From Monosiga brevicollis MX1 (Eukaryota): a stretch of DNA of 64,000 nucleotides. Where the stretch lies: the NCBI RefSeq assembly GCF_000002865.3, contig NW_001865066.1, forward strand, positions 274,005 to 338,004, in the 5' to 3' direction. Shown here in pieces: positions 1-12,095 of the stretch. The notes under the pieces are model-generated. The model saw only the letters and a program-made list of their open reading frames with translations, did not search any database and was not told the DNA's origin. How positions within the stretch are numbered: the first letter of the stretch is position 1; each line of letters opens with the position of its first letter. Position numbers and translations under genes: made by a program.

Positions 1-1058
1 TCTTTCCGCGCGCTGCAACGGGGGTTTGCCATAAGCCCGTTTGCTGATTCAAGACGGTGCTTCCAGACTGGACGTCGCAGTGAAGCAGCGACAGGCCCAA
101 CGTGACCAGCTACAGCGATGCGTTGGTTTGCTCGAGACCGCCATTGAGATGGAACAGTCAGCCAGTCTGAGCGTTTCTGCGAATCAGCAGAAGATTGGGG
201 CCGCCATCGAGTAAGCTTCCACCGCATGGCTGCTGAAGAGCTGTACCATTCTCGGCCCTCACCTTCCTCTTTGGACGTGATGAACATGCAATTTTACCCC
301 ATCCACAGTGCACTCAGATCGCTATTTGCCATGGCCCACCGTGAGCTACCACGCTTCGAGCCCCAAGATTTGGCACAAACGTCCCATTCTGCGGCCAATC
401 CTCCAACCGCATCTACGAGCACTGACCCTGCGCATGCGGAGCCACGAACCATGCTCAACCGCCCTGTCGAGGTGTGTTGCAGGTTCTCCCTCGCCATTTA
501 GATGATCGAAAAAGGCTCATGTTGTTCTGTGATTGCCACACGTGCATGATGGCAAAGGTTCGCGGCCTGCATGGCGGGGCCAGTCCGCTCAATGGCGTCT
601 ATCTCCCCATCGTTGCAACGCTGCTGGGTCACACTTGAGTAGATGCTGTCTACCTGTATCAAGACGTTCAAGGCATGACCTGGAATATTGGCCCGACCGT
701 CTTTGGCGATGGTTAGATTCCTAGAAGCTATTTCGGCGAGACGAGATTTGTTCAAACCCACCCCGTTTTTCTCCCATGCTAATGTGGCTTGGCTCTGTTC
801 CTGGACATAGACGTATTTGCATACCAAGTCAACGATACTGAAGCACCATGGCTCTCGCGGCAACCATGGCATGTGCACGTGAAAAGCGCTTTTGTAGCCC
901 ATTTCTCGGTACGTTCGTCCAAAGTCCCTGAAGCTACCCACCCCATATCTTTCCGGCTGATTCACGAAAGCGCCCCCTTTGCTTGCACATGGGCTGCTCA
1001 ATACCAGATGCGCGTTGTCCCTCGGGCCAGCATTGCCGTCGGTGTCGAGCTGCAGTAG
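1..1058 (+). CDS. 3' part of an uncharacterised multi-exon gene (begins left of the window)
   Basis: Exon LDVAVKQRQAQRDQLQRCVGLLETAIEME...GAAI ends at gtaagc (~211). Later exons: ALRSLFAMAHRELPRFE..., DAVYLYQDVQGMTWNIGPTVFGD and DVFAYQVNDTEAPWLSRQPWHVHV..., with GT-AG boundaries. Family not identified; one apparent exon carries an in-frame TGA at 636. Confidence 0.4.
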
Positions 1059-1314
1059 CCGATCTGTCTTTCTGATCCATCATACCAGCCCACATTTTTG
1101 TCAACAGTAAATTGCATAAAAGACCCTCTGCTGCGCCGCAGCCCACTGGATCGTCCGCGGAAACTTGAAGAAATGAGAACAAACTGCCCCCGCCCAAAAA
1201 AAATACAAAAGATATATGGCTCTCACGCCAAAGAGAGAGAAAGGCATGGCATGTCATGCCCGGTCATATCAGCGGTTTTGCTCATGAATCCAGAGCAAAA
1301 AAAAAAAGCTCCCG

Positions 1315-2418
1315 TCATTCGGCCAGGGAACGTGCAAAGACGGCGTCGCGTTGCTGCTGCTCGAGTGCTGCCATCTCCTTTTGCTGATGGTGAAGTTCAG
1401 CTACGGAAATGGTCGCCTTCGGGTAAGGTGTTTGAGCCACTTGTGCGGCAGCGCGAGCCTCTTCGAGCTCCTGCAGCTCCCGGGCCAATGCCTCATCCGA
1501 AACTGAAATATCAAAGCCGAATTGCTCTTTCTCATCCTCAAGATTTGATTCGGCGTCTGTTGTCGCTGCCGAGTTGGTGAGGTCGGCTTCGGTGGGTGCT
1601 GCCGGCTCAAAGCTACCGGCGCTATCTTCAATCTTGAGCGACTCTTGAATGTGGCGGGCAGCAGCTTCAGCCTCTTGCTCGCGCAACAGTGCGGCCTGAA
1701 GTCCCAGCATTGGGCATGAGGCCAGGCATTGGTGCACAGGCACTGCATTGCACGAGTCTTGATGAGCGCAGAGCACGCACCTGACGCTCCTCTTCTTGCA
1801 AACGTTCAACAAATTCGGCATCCTGCCGAGCAATTTCCTCTTGCTGCCCATGGAGCGGGGTTTAAGGACAAGATTAGCCTCTGCAAGAGACTGTATACAG
1901 CAGACTCGCAGCCCGTGCCAACCAAAACTCAAACCTGGAGGCGATACTGCTCGGCCAACTCCTCCTCGGTCAACACGACTTTGCGTACATGCCGGGCATC
2001 GATGCGGCCAATATGCCGAGCACTCTGGTTGAAATTCTTCTTCTCCCGCCCTGCCCATGTAGGCGGGCGCGCATACAGACAATTGGCGAGCGATGAGGCC
2101 AGCCTGTCCATCAATAAGAAACACATGATACAACGCCCCCCGGCTGACACCCCCACGTACAATAGTGCTCATGGAGTTGATGCGCGAGGCCTTCGTCCGA
2201 CTTTTCCAGAAAGTGACGCCGCCCTGCACACACACACACAAACAATGGCCACGCGGCCCAAAGCGCCAAGCACAGATAAGTCCCACCACGCGCAACCCAC
2301 CACTGCAACCCCCTTGAAAAGCCGCTGGCACCAGCGGCGGCGACAGCGGCAACTCCTCGTCCTGCTCACTTTGATCGTAGTCATCAATGCCCACAACCTC
2401 GGGCCGACCCGAAGCCAT
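1315..2418 (-). CDS. CCDC50-like coiled-coil protein with MIU-type ubiquitin-binding helices
   Basis: Pieces RRHFLEKSDEGLAHQLHEHY and NQSARHIGRIDARHVRKVVLTEEELAEQYRLQ resemble the CCDC50 N-terminal domain. C-terminal SDEALARELQELEE and RDAVFARSLAE fit the MIU pattern DxxLAxxLQxEE. Confidence 0.5.
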   Translation of the reverse strand: MASGRPEVVGIDDYDQSEQDEELPLSPPLVPAAFQGGCSGGLRVVGLICAWRFGPRGHCLCVCVQGGVTFWKSRTKASRINSMSTIVRGGVSRGALYHVFLIDGQAGLIARQLSVCAPAYMGRAGEEEFQPECSAYWPHRCPACTQSRVDRGGVGRAVSPPGLSFGWHGLRVCCIQSLAEANLVLKPRSMGSKRKLLGRMPNLLNVCKKRSVRCVLCAHQDSCNAVPVHQCLASCPMLGLQAALLREQEAEAAARHIQESLKIEDSAGSFEPAAPTEADLTNSAATTDAESNLEDEKEQFGFDISVSDEALARELQELEEARAAAQVAQTPYPKATISVAELHHQQKEMAALEQQQRDAVFARSLAE

Positions 2419-2502
2419 CTTATTGGTTGCTCAAATTTTTGGGAAAAAAAAAAATTTGAGAGAGAGGAAGACACATTTGATCAAATTAGAGGGGGTTCTT
2501 GA

Positions 2503-2650
2503 TGATTCTCTCTCTAAATCTCTCCTCTCTCTAAATCTCTCTAAATCTCTTCTCTCTTTCTCAAACTCTCTCAAACTCTTCAAACTCTCTCTCAAACTCT
2601 CAAACTCTCAAACTTCAAACTCTCTGTGTTGTTACATGTGGTAGTTGTAC

Positions 2651-2741
<91 letters not shown>

Positions 2742-2800
2742 CTCTCTCTGTTTCTGCCTGACCATTCATCACTCCCTCTCTCTCTCTCTCTCTCTTTTCT
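2503..2800 (+). repeat. CTCTCAAA(C/T)-type degenerate repeat followed by a (CT)n microsatellite
   Basis: Repeated ctctcaaact/ctctaaatct units at 2503-2625, then (CT)n at ~2656-2750, between divergent genes. Confidence 0.9.
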
Positions 2801-3057
2801 TGTTGTTGTTGGCTGATCATGTCGCAGCAGCAGCAGAGCGGCGGTGCAGGAGCGCCGATGGTGCTGCCGGTGCCCACTGGAAGTGGGGCGCCGAGCAGTT
2901 CGGCCAGTCGGAAGAAGACGACTACGCGTAAGAGCAAAGGCACTGCGAAAGGTATGTGACACTGCACAGTCAATCATGAATGGCATCACCCCGCTGCCAT
3001 CATCTTGCCGTGCTTGTCACGTCTGTGCCAACTTGCTGCATGCCTGTGCCGCGCCGG

Positions 3058-5119
3058 ATGGCAGACAAGAAGAAGCGAACCACCAAAGCTAGCAAGGCTC
3101 CAAAGGAAAATCTTAGGGTACACTCCGCCCTTGGCGAGCCTGCCGCATTTGCCATGTCAGCTCGTCGCCGATTGTCTCATATCTGCCTGCTGCGATGACC
3201 GCCACCCCAGCTCGTCATCCGACGCCTGCCACCCAAGCTCCCGGAAGAAATCATGATGCGACTGCTTGCTCCTTACCAGCAATTCTTTTCCAATTTCTAC
3301 TTTGTTGTCGGAGACCCCACGTGAGTCTGCCTCTCTGACTCGCCGAGGGCTTGGCCAATGCTTTTCCCGTTTCTTCATCCATCCCCACTTCCCCACGTAG
3401 TCTGGAAAAGAATTGCTTTGCACGCGCTTACGTCAAGTTCAACAACCGTGACGCCATGCTCCACTTTGCCCGAGGCTTTGACGGCCATCTGTTCAAAGGC
3501 CAGGATGGTCAGTCCCTGCGCTTACCCCCATTCTCTCGTTTTGGTTTTTGGTTTGCGTTTTTATTTCTGATGAAAAACTGTTTATTCACCATCGCCCCAT
3601 TCCTGGCAGGGTCGGAACACCGTGCACGGGTGGAATGTGCTCCATTTGCCGACGTGCCACCAAAGAAAGCACCCGACCCCCTTCAGGGCACAATTGAGGA
3701 TGGTGCGGTCCGCCGCGCAAGAGCAAGCGCCCCACACGCATACATTGTTGGAACAAGAACCTCACATCTCCCCCCCTTTCTCAATGCAATGACCAGATCC
3801 GGACTACAAGCGCTTTCTAGAGGAACGTGACGCCAAGCCCGAAGCCTTGCCGAGCGCTGAAGAATGGCTCAAGGAGCATGAAGCCCAACTTGCTGGTCAG
3901 TAGCGAAATGCTTGGGATCTGCGGCCCACCAATCGTGAATGGCCGGCTCGGCTCATTCCGTCCCATGCCCACAGAATTGGCAGACCCTGCCGATGCCACC
4001 CCGCTGCAGGCATTTGTGGGCTTAAAATTAGAAGAAAAGGCCAAGGTGTGTTTCTGGCAGCCCGAACCCCGTCGCCGCGCACCGCGAGGCACCACCCGCC
4101 TGCCCATTGCACAAATCTGATACGGCTAGCCTCGTCTGCTGCACATGATCGCTCTAGGCTAAACGCGCTGAACGGCGCTCAAAGGCCAAGGCCAAGGTAG
4201 GTGCCAGGCCTCTAGCACAGCCCTATGGTGTGCGACTCGAAGCAACCTGATGCGCATTGCTTTTTGCCCCATTTGACAACACACCCTTCAGGACAAGGTG
4301 AAGGCCAGCAAGGCCAGTGCCAACACGCACCACGATAAAGAGACCAAAAAGAAGATGTGGACCACCACCGACAAGGCCCAGGTCTCATTCGCAGAGCGCG
4401 TCAGCGCATCGAAAAAGGCCGCTGCGGAGCAGGCCAAAACAAAAGCAAAAGGCAACAGCTCTCACTCTGGCAGCGGCTCAAAAAAGAGCAACGTGTCGCT
4501 ACCCCCGCCAACCCCCACGCCGACCAAGATCCTGACAAAACCTAGCAGCGCTCGCAATGCCTCAGCCTCGGATAAAAGCAAAAGCAAGCAAGAAGGGCCT
4601 TCGGCGCCCGCGTCCAACACGCCTGGCCAGCTCGTTTTACCGGCTCCGACAGCACAAGCTCCCACCCAGTCAAGCCGACCTGCTGCAGGAGCGGGAGCCA
4701 ACAACAAGCGCGACGAAGCATCAACAGACAAATCAAGAGGTCGCCGGCAAAAGCGACCAGATCGCGCCACTTACAAGCCACCTTCTGAACGACACGCTGC
4801 GAGGCTAGCGGCTGAAGGTGCGGGTGACGCTGCCCCCAAAGCGCCAGGTGGTCGCGGCAGCGGCAGTGGTGGCCGAGGTTTGTTCGTCGTGCGCTGAGTG
4901 AGCTGCCTGGGGCTGCAACCCCCAACACTTGACTCTTACACCCCCTCTGTGCTGCTTGACATCCTAGGCGGTGGCCGTCGTGGTGGACGAAGCCGGGTAT
5001 GTGACCGCACATTGGTATCTATCCCCTTTCCTGCACCTAACCCCCAACGCACTCGGGATATTCAGTGCCTCACCTGCGGTCTCCGGAATTGTGGCTTCCC
5101 GCAGGGGAGCGCTGCTTGA
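3058..5119 (+). CDS. UPF3: Nonsense-mediated decay factor UPF3 (Smg-4/UPF3 family)
   Basis: Spliced MADKKKRTTKASKAPKENLR|LVIRRLPPKLPEE...FARAYVKFNNRDAMLHFARGFDGHLF...ARVECAPF...DPLQGTIEDDPDYKRFLE gives the UPF2-binding RRM-like domain. C-terminal RQKRPDRATYKPP resembles the EJC-binding motif. Stop at 5119 if the two last introns are spliced, otherwise 4897. Confidence 0.9.
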
Positions 5120-5717
5120 GCTGGAAGGGCATTCAACCCTCCGCTCTGACTGTCATGCGGGTTGTGCCTATGTGGAAGGGTATCCTATGGCAAGCTCATG
5201 GCGCAGCGACCTTCCTATGCCTTTGATGCCTTTGAAGTGGGTTTGACAAGCGCTGGAGCATGCATTCTATAGCTTGAAACGTTGCCCCCACGCTGGCTGG
5301 TCCTGCAGGGCGCACACATTTGCATCCTGGCTCGCCATGCAAGCCACTCCATGCAATCATCGCATCTTGTTGGCTCACCACCCCCGTGCTGAACAACGCC
5401 TGCGTTGCACACACCAGATGCCGTGCACCTGCCTCATGTTGACTGGTTGTACCAAGACAATCAGGTTAGGATACAGATGTGAGGTCCATGGTGTTTCGTG
5501 ACCATGATGCGTTTGGTGCTCCCATATTTTTTGGGGGGGTGGGGGGCCATGCCAAGCCATGGCGCTTTGATAGTTGACGCATACAATGCCATTTCAATTC
5601 GGGCGGACTGAATTGTTGCTTCTTGCCAACAACCATACCCACAAACACCGTCCATCACCGAGACATCCATGGAGAAGACACAGCACGCTGCCAAGCAGTC
5701 AGCATTAAAACTTAAGC

Positions 5718-8150
5718 TCAGCTTGTGGCTACAGCGCGAGCCGCCAGCCAATCGGCATGGTTGTGACCAATTTCCTCCACAAGACCGTTGACCTGTGACC
5801 CCGTTCGACGGCAAGGTGAGCCACATGCCAAGATGTAAGGATAGCGAGGGCATGGCACATAAAAAGTGGCGACGTACATGAGCACAGAGAGCAGCAATGG
5901 CCGCATCCCAATCCTGCACCAAGTGTTCCGCGTCTGCAAAAGTGACTCGACCTTCCAACTGATTGATTTGACCCTAAAGTTGAATCAACCACGCCGGGGC
6001 CAAAAGTGGAGGGCAGATACGTACGATATGAAGCAAGAGTTCAGGGCCATGGCAGAGTTAAATCAGGTTTCAAGCAACGACATACGCTGAGCCGTCCATC
6101 GGCAATCATTTGAGCCACTGTATGCTCTGCCTGAGAGAGCCGCCAGCGGCGAGGAGGTGAGAAACAGGCAAGTGCACATGACAGCAGGAAAGATGGCAAG
6201 GGTAATCTCAAGAACACGAAAAGTATTAAGCTACCTGCTCCGTGGACACGTTGACGAGGCGACCCAGTTCTTCGAGGGTAATGTTATCGTAGACGCGGGT
6301 GGCAGACAGCATGTTATGTTCAACCACCGCCTTTTCCAGCACCGTGGAGCCTGGTTGCATTCATCGGACAAGCCACCATAATCGTGAGGATGAACAGCAA
6401 CCCAGCCCAGACGGCCAGCAGTGTCATTGGTCAGGCCTGAAAGCCTGAAACGCACCATCAGCAGTGCGCGCCTTGTGGTGTTCTGCCAGACCCGCTGCAA
6501 ACTTGGCCAGGTCCTCGCTCCGCACGATGCGCTGAAGGTGCCTGAAAATGCAAGGCGCAGACATGAGATGCGACGAGACGATGACGGTGACAATGCACGG
6601 CCCATGCGAGTTGGACTGACATGGCTTCAAGTGTGTGAAATTGAGGAAGAGCATGTGTGCGCTCGTCCTTGAAAAGGGTGGCAAGCAGTCGAGATCGGCG
6701 CGGGCCAGCCGGGGCCAACACTGCGCAGGTCACGGCTTGGGACAAGGCTGCTTGGCGGGCCTCCTCGTCGGGAATGGTATAAGAAAGGTCCAAATAGCGC
6801 TGAGATGCTTGGAGGTACTGTGTTGGCATGAAGCAAAACACAAAGATTGGTGAACAGCTAACCGCGCGGGTCGTGGATGCCTACGAGATTGGCCCGGTGT
6901 GCAGCACAGATGCATGCAAAACCTACCTTGCGCTTGGCGTCGTTGACACGTGCGGCTTGCACCTGGGGACCATCAAAGATGCGAGTAGGCAAGAAAAAGA
7001 CATGAACCAGGCGACAGTCGAAGGAAAAGGGCAGACGCGGCAGTCTAGAGCCAAGACCATCGAGCACGCGATGCAGACGCAGGGTACTGTGGCGCGGGTT
7101 CTCACCTTGAACTTGAACTGCAGCTCTGTATTGTTGACTTCGTGGGCAATCATGGATGCGCGGCTGACATAGGTCTCGGCCATGCCAGCATCTTCCTCCT
7201 CCAAGTAAAGGGCCCCGATGCGCAAGTAAATGTGAAATTTGTACTCTGTCTCCACGTGACTGTGAAGAGCACCGAGGCACCGCGAAGCGATTTTCAAAGT
7301 TAAAAAGAGGCAACGGAGGCAGATTTGTTGGATTGTGGGGCACCAAGCCGGCTCACCGATGGCTTGATTCCAGGGGGATGGCTGCCAGGACGCGCGCTGC
7401 GTCCACCCAGGCTTCGCGGCTCTCAAGGATATCAGCCAATACTTCACGAGCGCGGCAAGTCTAAAACAATGCGCGTGTTGAATTCGACACCACTGTCAAT
7501 GTAAACCACGTCGCCTTTGCGGTGCACAAAAAGGGCATCGTGTGGGTAAGCCGCATACCACGTCTTCAAAGGCCACTGAGCGCGTTTCGGACGCCTGGAG
7601 ATAGTGAGCAAGAACTTTTTCAACCTCCTACAGGCGTAGCAGTGAGATTTGAGAAAAGCCTGGTTGGGACCGGGATATGCTAGGTGACAGGGCCACACCG
7701 GAATGTCTCGATGTGCTTGGACAGAAGACCTGAGCCCATTGATCATGGCATCCAGAGCTTGTTTGGCAGGCATGAGAAGAGTTGATTCATCCAGCACTGA
7801 GGTCAACGGTTGGTTTCCAAAAAAAAAAAGAAGAATGGATCAAAAAATCAATAAATGGAGAAGCGTGAGGATGAAAGGGTACACGGGGCAAATGGAGGGA
7901 ACTTGGACAGGGAAACAAGGATACGCTGGGGGGGGTTCAGACGGCAGGCGTACGCTTGGAAGTCAGGCTGGTTAGCGCTCCAACATTTGAAGCGGGAGCA
8001 GCAGAAAGGCGCACAGCCTCGTCCCTGCCAGAATTGCAGCCCATTCAATCGCCGCCCATCCTGCAACGTGAGGGGATTGGCGACCCCAATGGCTGAACAT
8101 CAATCAGGCCGCGTCACGCACCGCAATGCATCTTGGCCCGACGACGCCAT
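5718..8150 (-). CDS. COPS4: COP9 signalosome subunit 4 (PCI domain)
   Basis: Exons include LLADILESREAWVDAARVLAAIPLES, YLRIGALYLEEEDAGMAETYVSRAS, CAVLAPAGPRRSRLLATLFKDER, AVVEHNMLSATRVYDNITLEELGRLV and QLEGRVTF...WDAAIAALC, ending HADWLAARAVATS*. First exon and start uncertain. Confidence 0.92.
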
Positions 8151-8372
8151 TGGATCGGTTACAAGCCGATACGCCTGGCGATCCTCTTGTACGCCAAGCC
8201 GCTCCCTCCAAACACCAACCTGGTACCCCCTCGGACCAAGGTCAGCACGCACGCGCACCTACGCACGCTCTCTATCTCCCTCACTTTCTATATCCCTCCC
8301 TCTATCGCTCTCCGTCCAGAGCGCCAGAGCGTCAGTGCGTGTTGGAGCTCGCGTCAAGCCACTGCCACTGNC

Positions 8373-8419
<47 letters not shown>

Positions 8420-8425
8420 AAAAAA

Positions 8426-8765
8426 NNNNNNNNNNNNNNNNNNNNNNNNNNNNNNNNNNNNNNNNNNNNNNNNNNNNNNNNNNNNNNNNNNNNNNNNNNN
8501 NNNNNNNNNNNNNNNNNNNNNNNNNNNNNNNNNNNNNNNNNNNNNNNNNNNNNNNNNNNNNNNNNNNNNNNNNNNNNNNNNNNNNNNNNNNNNNNNNNNN
8601 NNNNNNNNNNNNNNNNNNNNNNNNNNNNNNNNNNNNNNNNNNNNNNNNNNNNNNNNNNNNNNNNNNNNNNNNNNNNNNNNNNNNNNNNNNNNNNNNNNNN
8701 NNNNNNNNNNNNNNNNNNNNNNNNNNNNNNNNNNNNNNNNNNNNNNNNNNNNNNNNNNNNNNNNN
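8426..8765. other. Assembly gap (340 N) flanked by CT-rich repeats
   Basis: Run of N; (CT)n at 8372-8417 and CTCTCAAACT repeats at ~8800-8910. Confidence 1.
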
Positions 8766-9071
8766 TCACCTCTTACTTCTCTCTTCTCAAACCAATTCAT
8801 TCTCTCTCTCTCTCTCAATCTCTCTCTCAAACTCTCTCTCAAACTCTCTCTCAAACTCTCTCTCAAACTCTCAAACTCTCAAACTCTCTCAAACTCTCTC
8901 TCTCTCTCTCAACACACACACACTCTTCTCTCTCTTCTCTCTGTCTCTGTCATCCATCCATTCGACAGTGCGTCGGGGACCTGGACGGCACCACTTGTTC
9001 AAGTCTTGATTGATTGAAGGATTGCAAACAGGTGAGGGTGGGGGAGGGGCAGCCAGGCAAACGTGTGCACC

Positions 9072-10914
9072 ATGGCGGCGCCCGCGCTCAAGCTGCCAAA
9101 GAAGACAAACGTCGAGTATCGCATTCGGCTGAAGGTAAATGTGGGCTGCCCTTGTGCGTGTTGGCCTCCTCGCCACGTGGCCATGCGCACCGACTCATCT
9201 GTGAACCACCCGGCGCTTCGACCCCGGTCTCGCCTTGATAGCGACGTGAACAAGACTGGGATGCCGTCCAAGAGCTTTTGCAGGAAAAAGCCGCGCGCAA
9301 GCAGGTCTGGCCCCTGCCCCCGGGTCCTACCGCCCTGCCTTTTTCATGGAACAGGCCCACCAGGTCATGAGACCAGCCGTCCAATGCGCCTCACAAACTC
9401 TCTTGGCCGGACTTGATTAGCATGGCGTGCGAACACAACTGGAGCGCGCCGTAACCGCTGAGCGAAAGAAATCACTGCAGCTCTTTCATACCAATGCCAA
9501 GCGGTAAGCTGGCGGTCGTTTCTGGATGATCCAATGCGACTTGAGGGCTGCGAGCCCCTCTGGGATGTCGAGGTGCAACCATGACTCAGCTGAGACCCTA
9601 CCACAACCACTGCTACCTCCTCAGGGCAAGCAAGGCCGGAGATGAAGACAAAGCCAAGACGCTTGAAACGCGGCGCTCCGCTCTGCTTGAGTACAGCGCG
9701 GAGCAGTTGTGTGCCCTCGTTCTTGGTGAAGCTGAAAAGCCCACGGCAGCCCCCATCCAGGCCGCACTTCAACGCTTCACGGGCAACAAAACCATCAAGG
9801 TATCAGCTTATACCTCTCTTTGGCACTGCCCCCTTGCTCCATCCCTTCTCCCCTTTCCTTTTCCTTTTCCTCCTCCTCCTCCTCCTCCTCCTCCTCCTGG
9901 GTATTTCCTGATCCGCCCGAGCGAGCATGTGTACATTGCACCATCTTTCACGGTTGTCACCTTTTTGTTTCAGGACCTGTTGCAACAGTATCGTGTGGCG
10001 GGCATGGCAGCCACCCCAGCCGTGCTGGAAGTTGCCGTGCAAAAAATGAAGACCGAGGCAGAGGAGCAGGCTGCGGCCAAGGCCATGGCTCGGAAAAACA
10101 AGGGCCGAAACAACAAAGCAACAGATGAAGCGAGCAGCAACGCCCCGTCTGATCTCAGCGCGGCTGCTGATCAGGTTGATTATCAGGAAGAACCAATGAC
10201 CGACAGCGACGGGGAAGGCCAGATGGGACATTTCGACTCAAAGTCGTGGAGTCAAATGGTGGACAGCGTGGGCCATGCCAGCGACGACGATGATAGCGAC
10301 GATGACGAGGCTGAGCTGGCGCAGATGCGCGCCGATCTCGCCGCTGCTGAGAAGCAACAGGTTGGTGCTTGGCGTGAAGTACCACCTCATGTGCAGATAA
10401 CTTGTGGCCCTTCGCTTCCTCAAGAACGGGTCATGTTCGCGTGTCCTTGTCCCGCAACATTTGCCCCCAATTTCCTCTTCCCTCCCGCTGACACATTCAC
10501 TCTGGCCTGCCTGCGGCTTGTTGGGTGGGGGTTTCATGCCGCTAGAAAAAGAAGAAAAATCGACTGGGGCAGCGAGCACGGCAGATGCTCGCTGAGCGCA
10601 AGTATGGCAATGATGCGCGTCATAAAAAGGACCCGAGCAAGGATGCCAATCTGCGCCAACAGAAGCAAAGAGAAAAGGCGCAGCAAGACCGGCGACGCGC
10701 ACGACAGGAAGATCGAGGATCGAGCCGGTCCCGAAATGGAGGTGAAACTACGGCTGGGCGCCAACCGCGCTCGCGCGGGTCCGGTGGAAGCACGTCGTCG
10801 GCCGCTGCACCAGCAGAGCCCGTTCATCCGTCATGGCAAGCCAAGCAAATGCAGAAGCGCCAGGCCGTGGAGATTGGGGCTTTTTCAGGGAAAAAGATCA
10901 AGTTTGATGACTGA
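9072..10914 (+). CDS. SRFBP1: BUD22/SRFBP1-family ribosome biogenesis protein
   Basis: C-terminus PVHPSWQAKQMQKRQAVEIGAFSGKKIKFDD* matches the BUD22/SRFBP1 terminal signature (HPSW...F.GKKI.FD). Acidic/basic low-complexity middle; multi-exon from MAAPALKLPKK. Confidence 0.8.
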
Positions 10915-11312
10915 AAAGTGCTTGTCCATTTATTCTTTTTTTCTTTTTTTTTTTTCTCTCCTGACCCAGACCGTGGTGCGCTGCTTGTTGGTCAAATGGT
11001 GCACATTTTCAAATCGAGTATACCCAAACAGCAATGTTGTTCCCTGGTTGAGCGAAGGCAATGAAGTGATGACGAGATTCATTGACAAACGCTTTCGGCC
11101 ACGTTGAGTTCTCGCTTGTGGGAAAGACTCCGAGCGAGTCGCGAGCACAAGGGCGAACAGCACAGGTCAGAGAAAAAGAAAAGAATGATAAAAGAAATTT
11201 TGAGTGGACCTCGTGAAAAGAGGATGCGGTAGCGACGCCTCGGCAGCATAAACCAAGTTGCAAGCGACGTCTAGACCATCGGGATCTTGATGGGGTGCAA
11301 GACAAAAAGATA

Positions 11313-12095
11313 CTAAGCAGTTTTACTTGCAGACAATTTCTGAAGCTTGGCCTCAACGGCAGCTAAGCGGTAGGGAAGGAGAACGGCACCAGCAAAGTGA
11401 GAAGAATGATAAACTCGACATATGGGGGGCGACGAATCTGGGGTCGGAGCAGACAGGACACACCAAGGTCTTCTGCGGTAAGTTTGAGCTTGGGAAGCGA
11501 GTTATCGACGTATTCAATGTAGGCCACCTGCGCGCTATCTGGTTTGCGAAAGCCGGCCTTCATGATACGGGTGTATCCGCCAGGACGATCAGCAAAGCGC
11601 TTGGCCAGCTCATCTTTCAGTTTGGTCTTGAGGCTTTGGTCCTGTGCAAAGCAAGGTGGCAATGGAGATACCGCGAACGTGAGAACAGATCATGATGAAC
11701 CACGACACGGGCCCGGATGGCGCGATGCATAATTTTGAGGGGTCAAAGGGGATGGGCAAGCAAAAACTCTGCCGCCACGCACGAAGAGGAAGCTCTGAAT
11801 GCTGCGATCTGCGTGTGGTGTATTCTTCTTGGCAAGAGTGATGAGCTAGATGGGCAAAGGAGGTGCGGGAAATGCGTGAGGGGAAGATGGAAAGCAAGGC
11901 GGCTACTCGAGTCCTTCCCGCTCCGACCGAGAGGTGTCTGCAAACCTGCTCGGCGGGGCGGCGCAGCTCCTTGGCCTTGGCCAAGGTAGTTTTGATGCGC
12001 TCATGGCGAATCAGTGAATCGGTAAGGTTGCGCAGCAGGGCTCGGCGGTGGGCTGAGCCGCGTCCCAAGCGCCGGAACGCCTTGCCGTGACGCAT
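11313..12095 (-). CDS. MRPL17: Mitochondrial large-subunit ribosomal protein bL17m
   Basis: [45 protein letters not shown]...LITLAKK...[17 protein letters not shown]...AYIEYV; four exons, ending [16 protein letters not shown]. Confidence 0.95.

Noticed and set aside
1729..2502. 257-aa plus-strand ORF
   Set aside because: Antisense to the CCDC50-like gene, with no motifs.
2615..2989. (RE)n / (SL)n ORFs here and at 18084-18621, 34717-35229 and 51070-51706
   Set aside because: Translations of dinucleotide microsatellites.
7855..9017. Long ORFs crossing the N gap
   Set aside because: Open only because of Ns and CT repeats.
11313..12095. Bacterial-looking rplQ as possible contamination or HGT
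   Set aside because: Has three spliceosomal introns; ordinary nuclear-encoded mitoribosomal protein.
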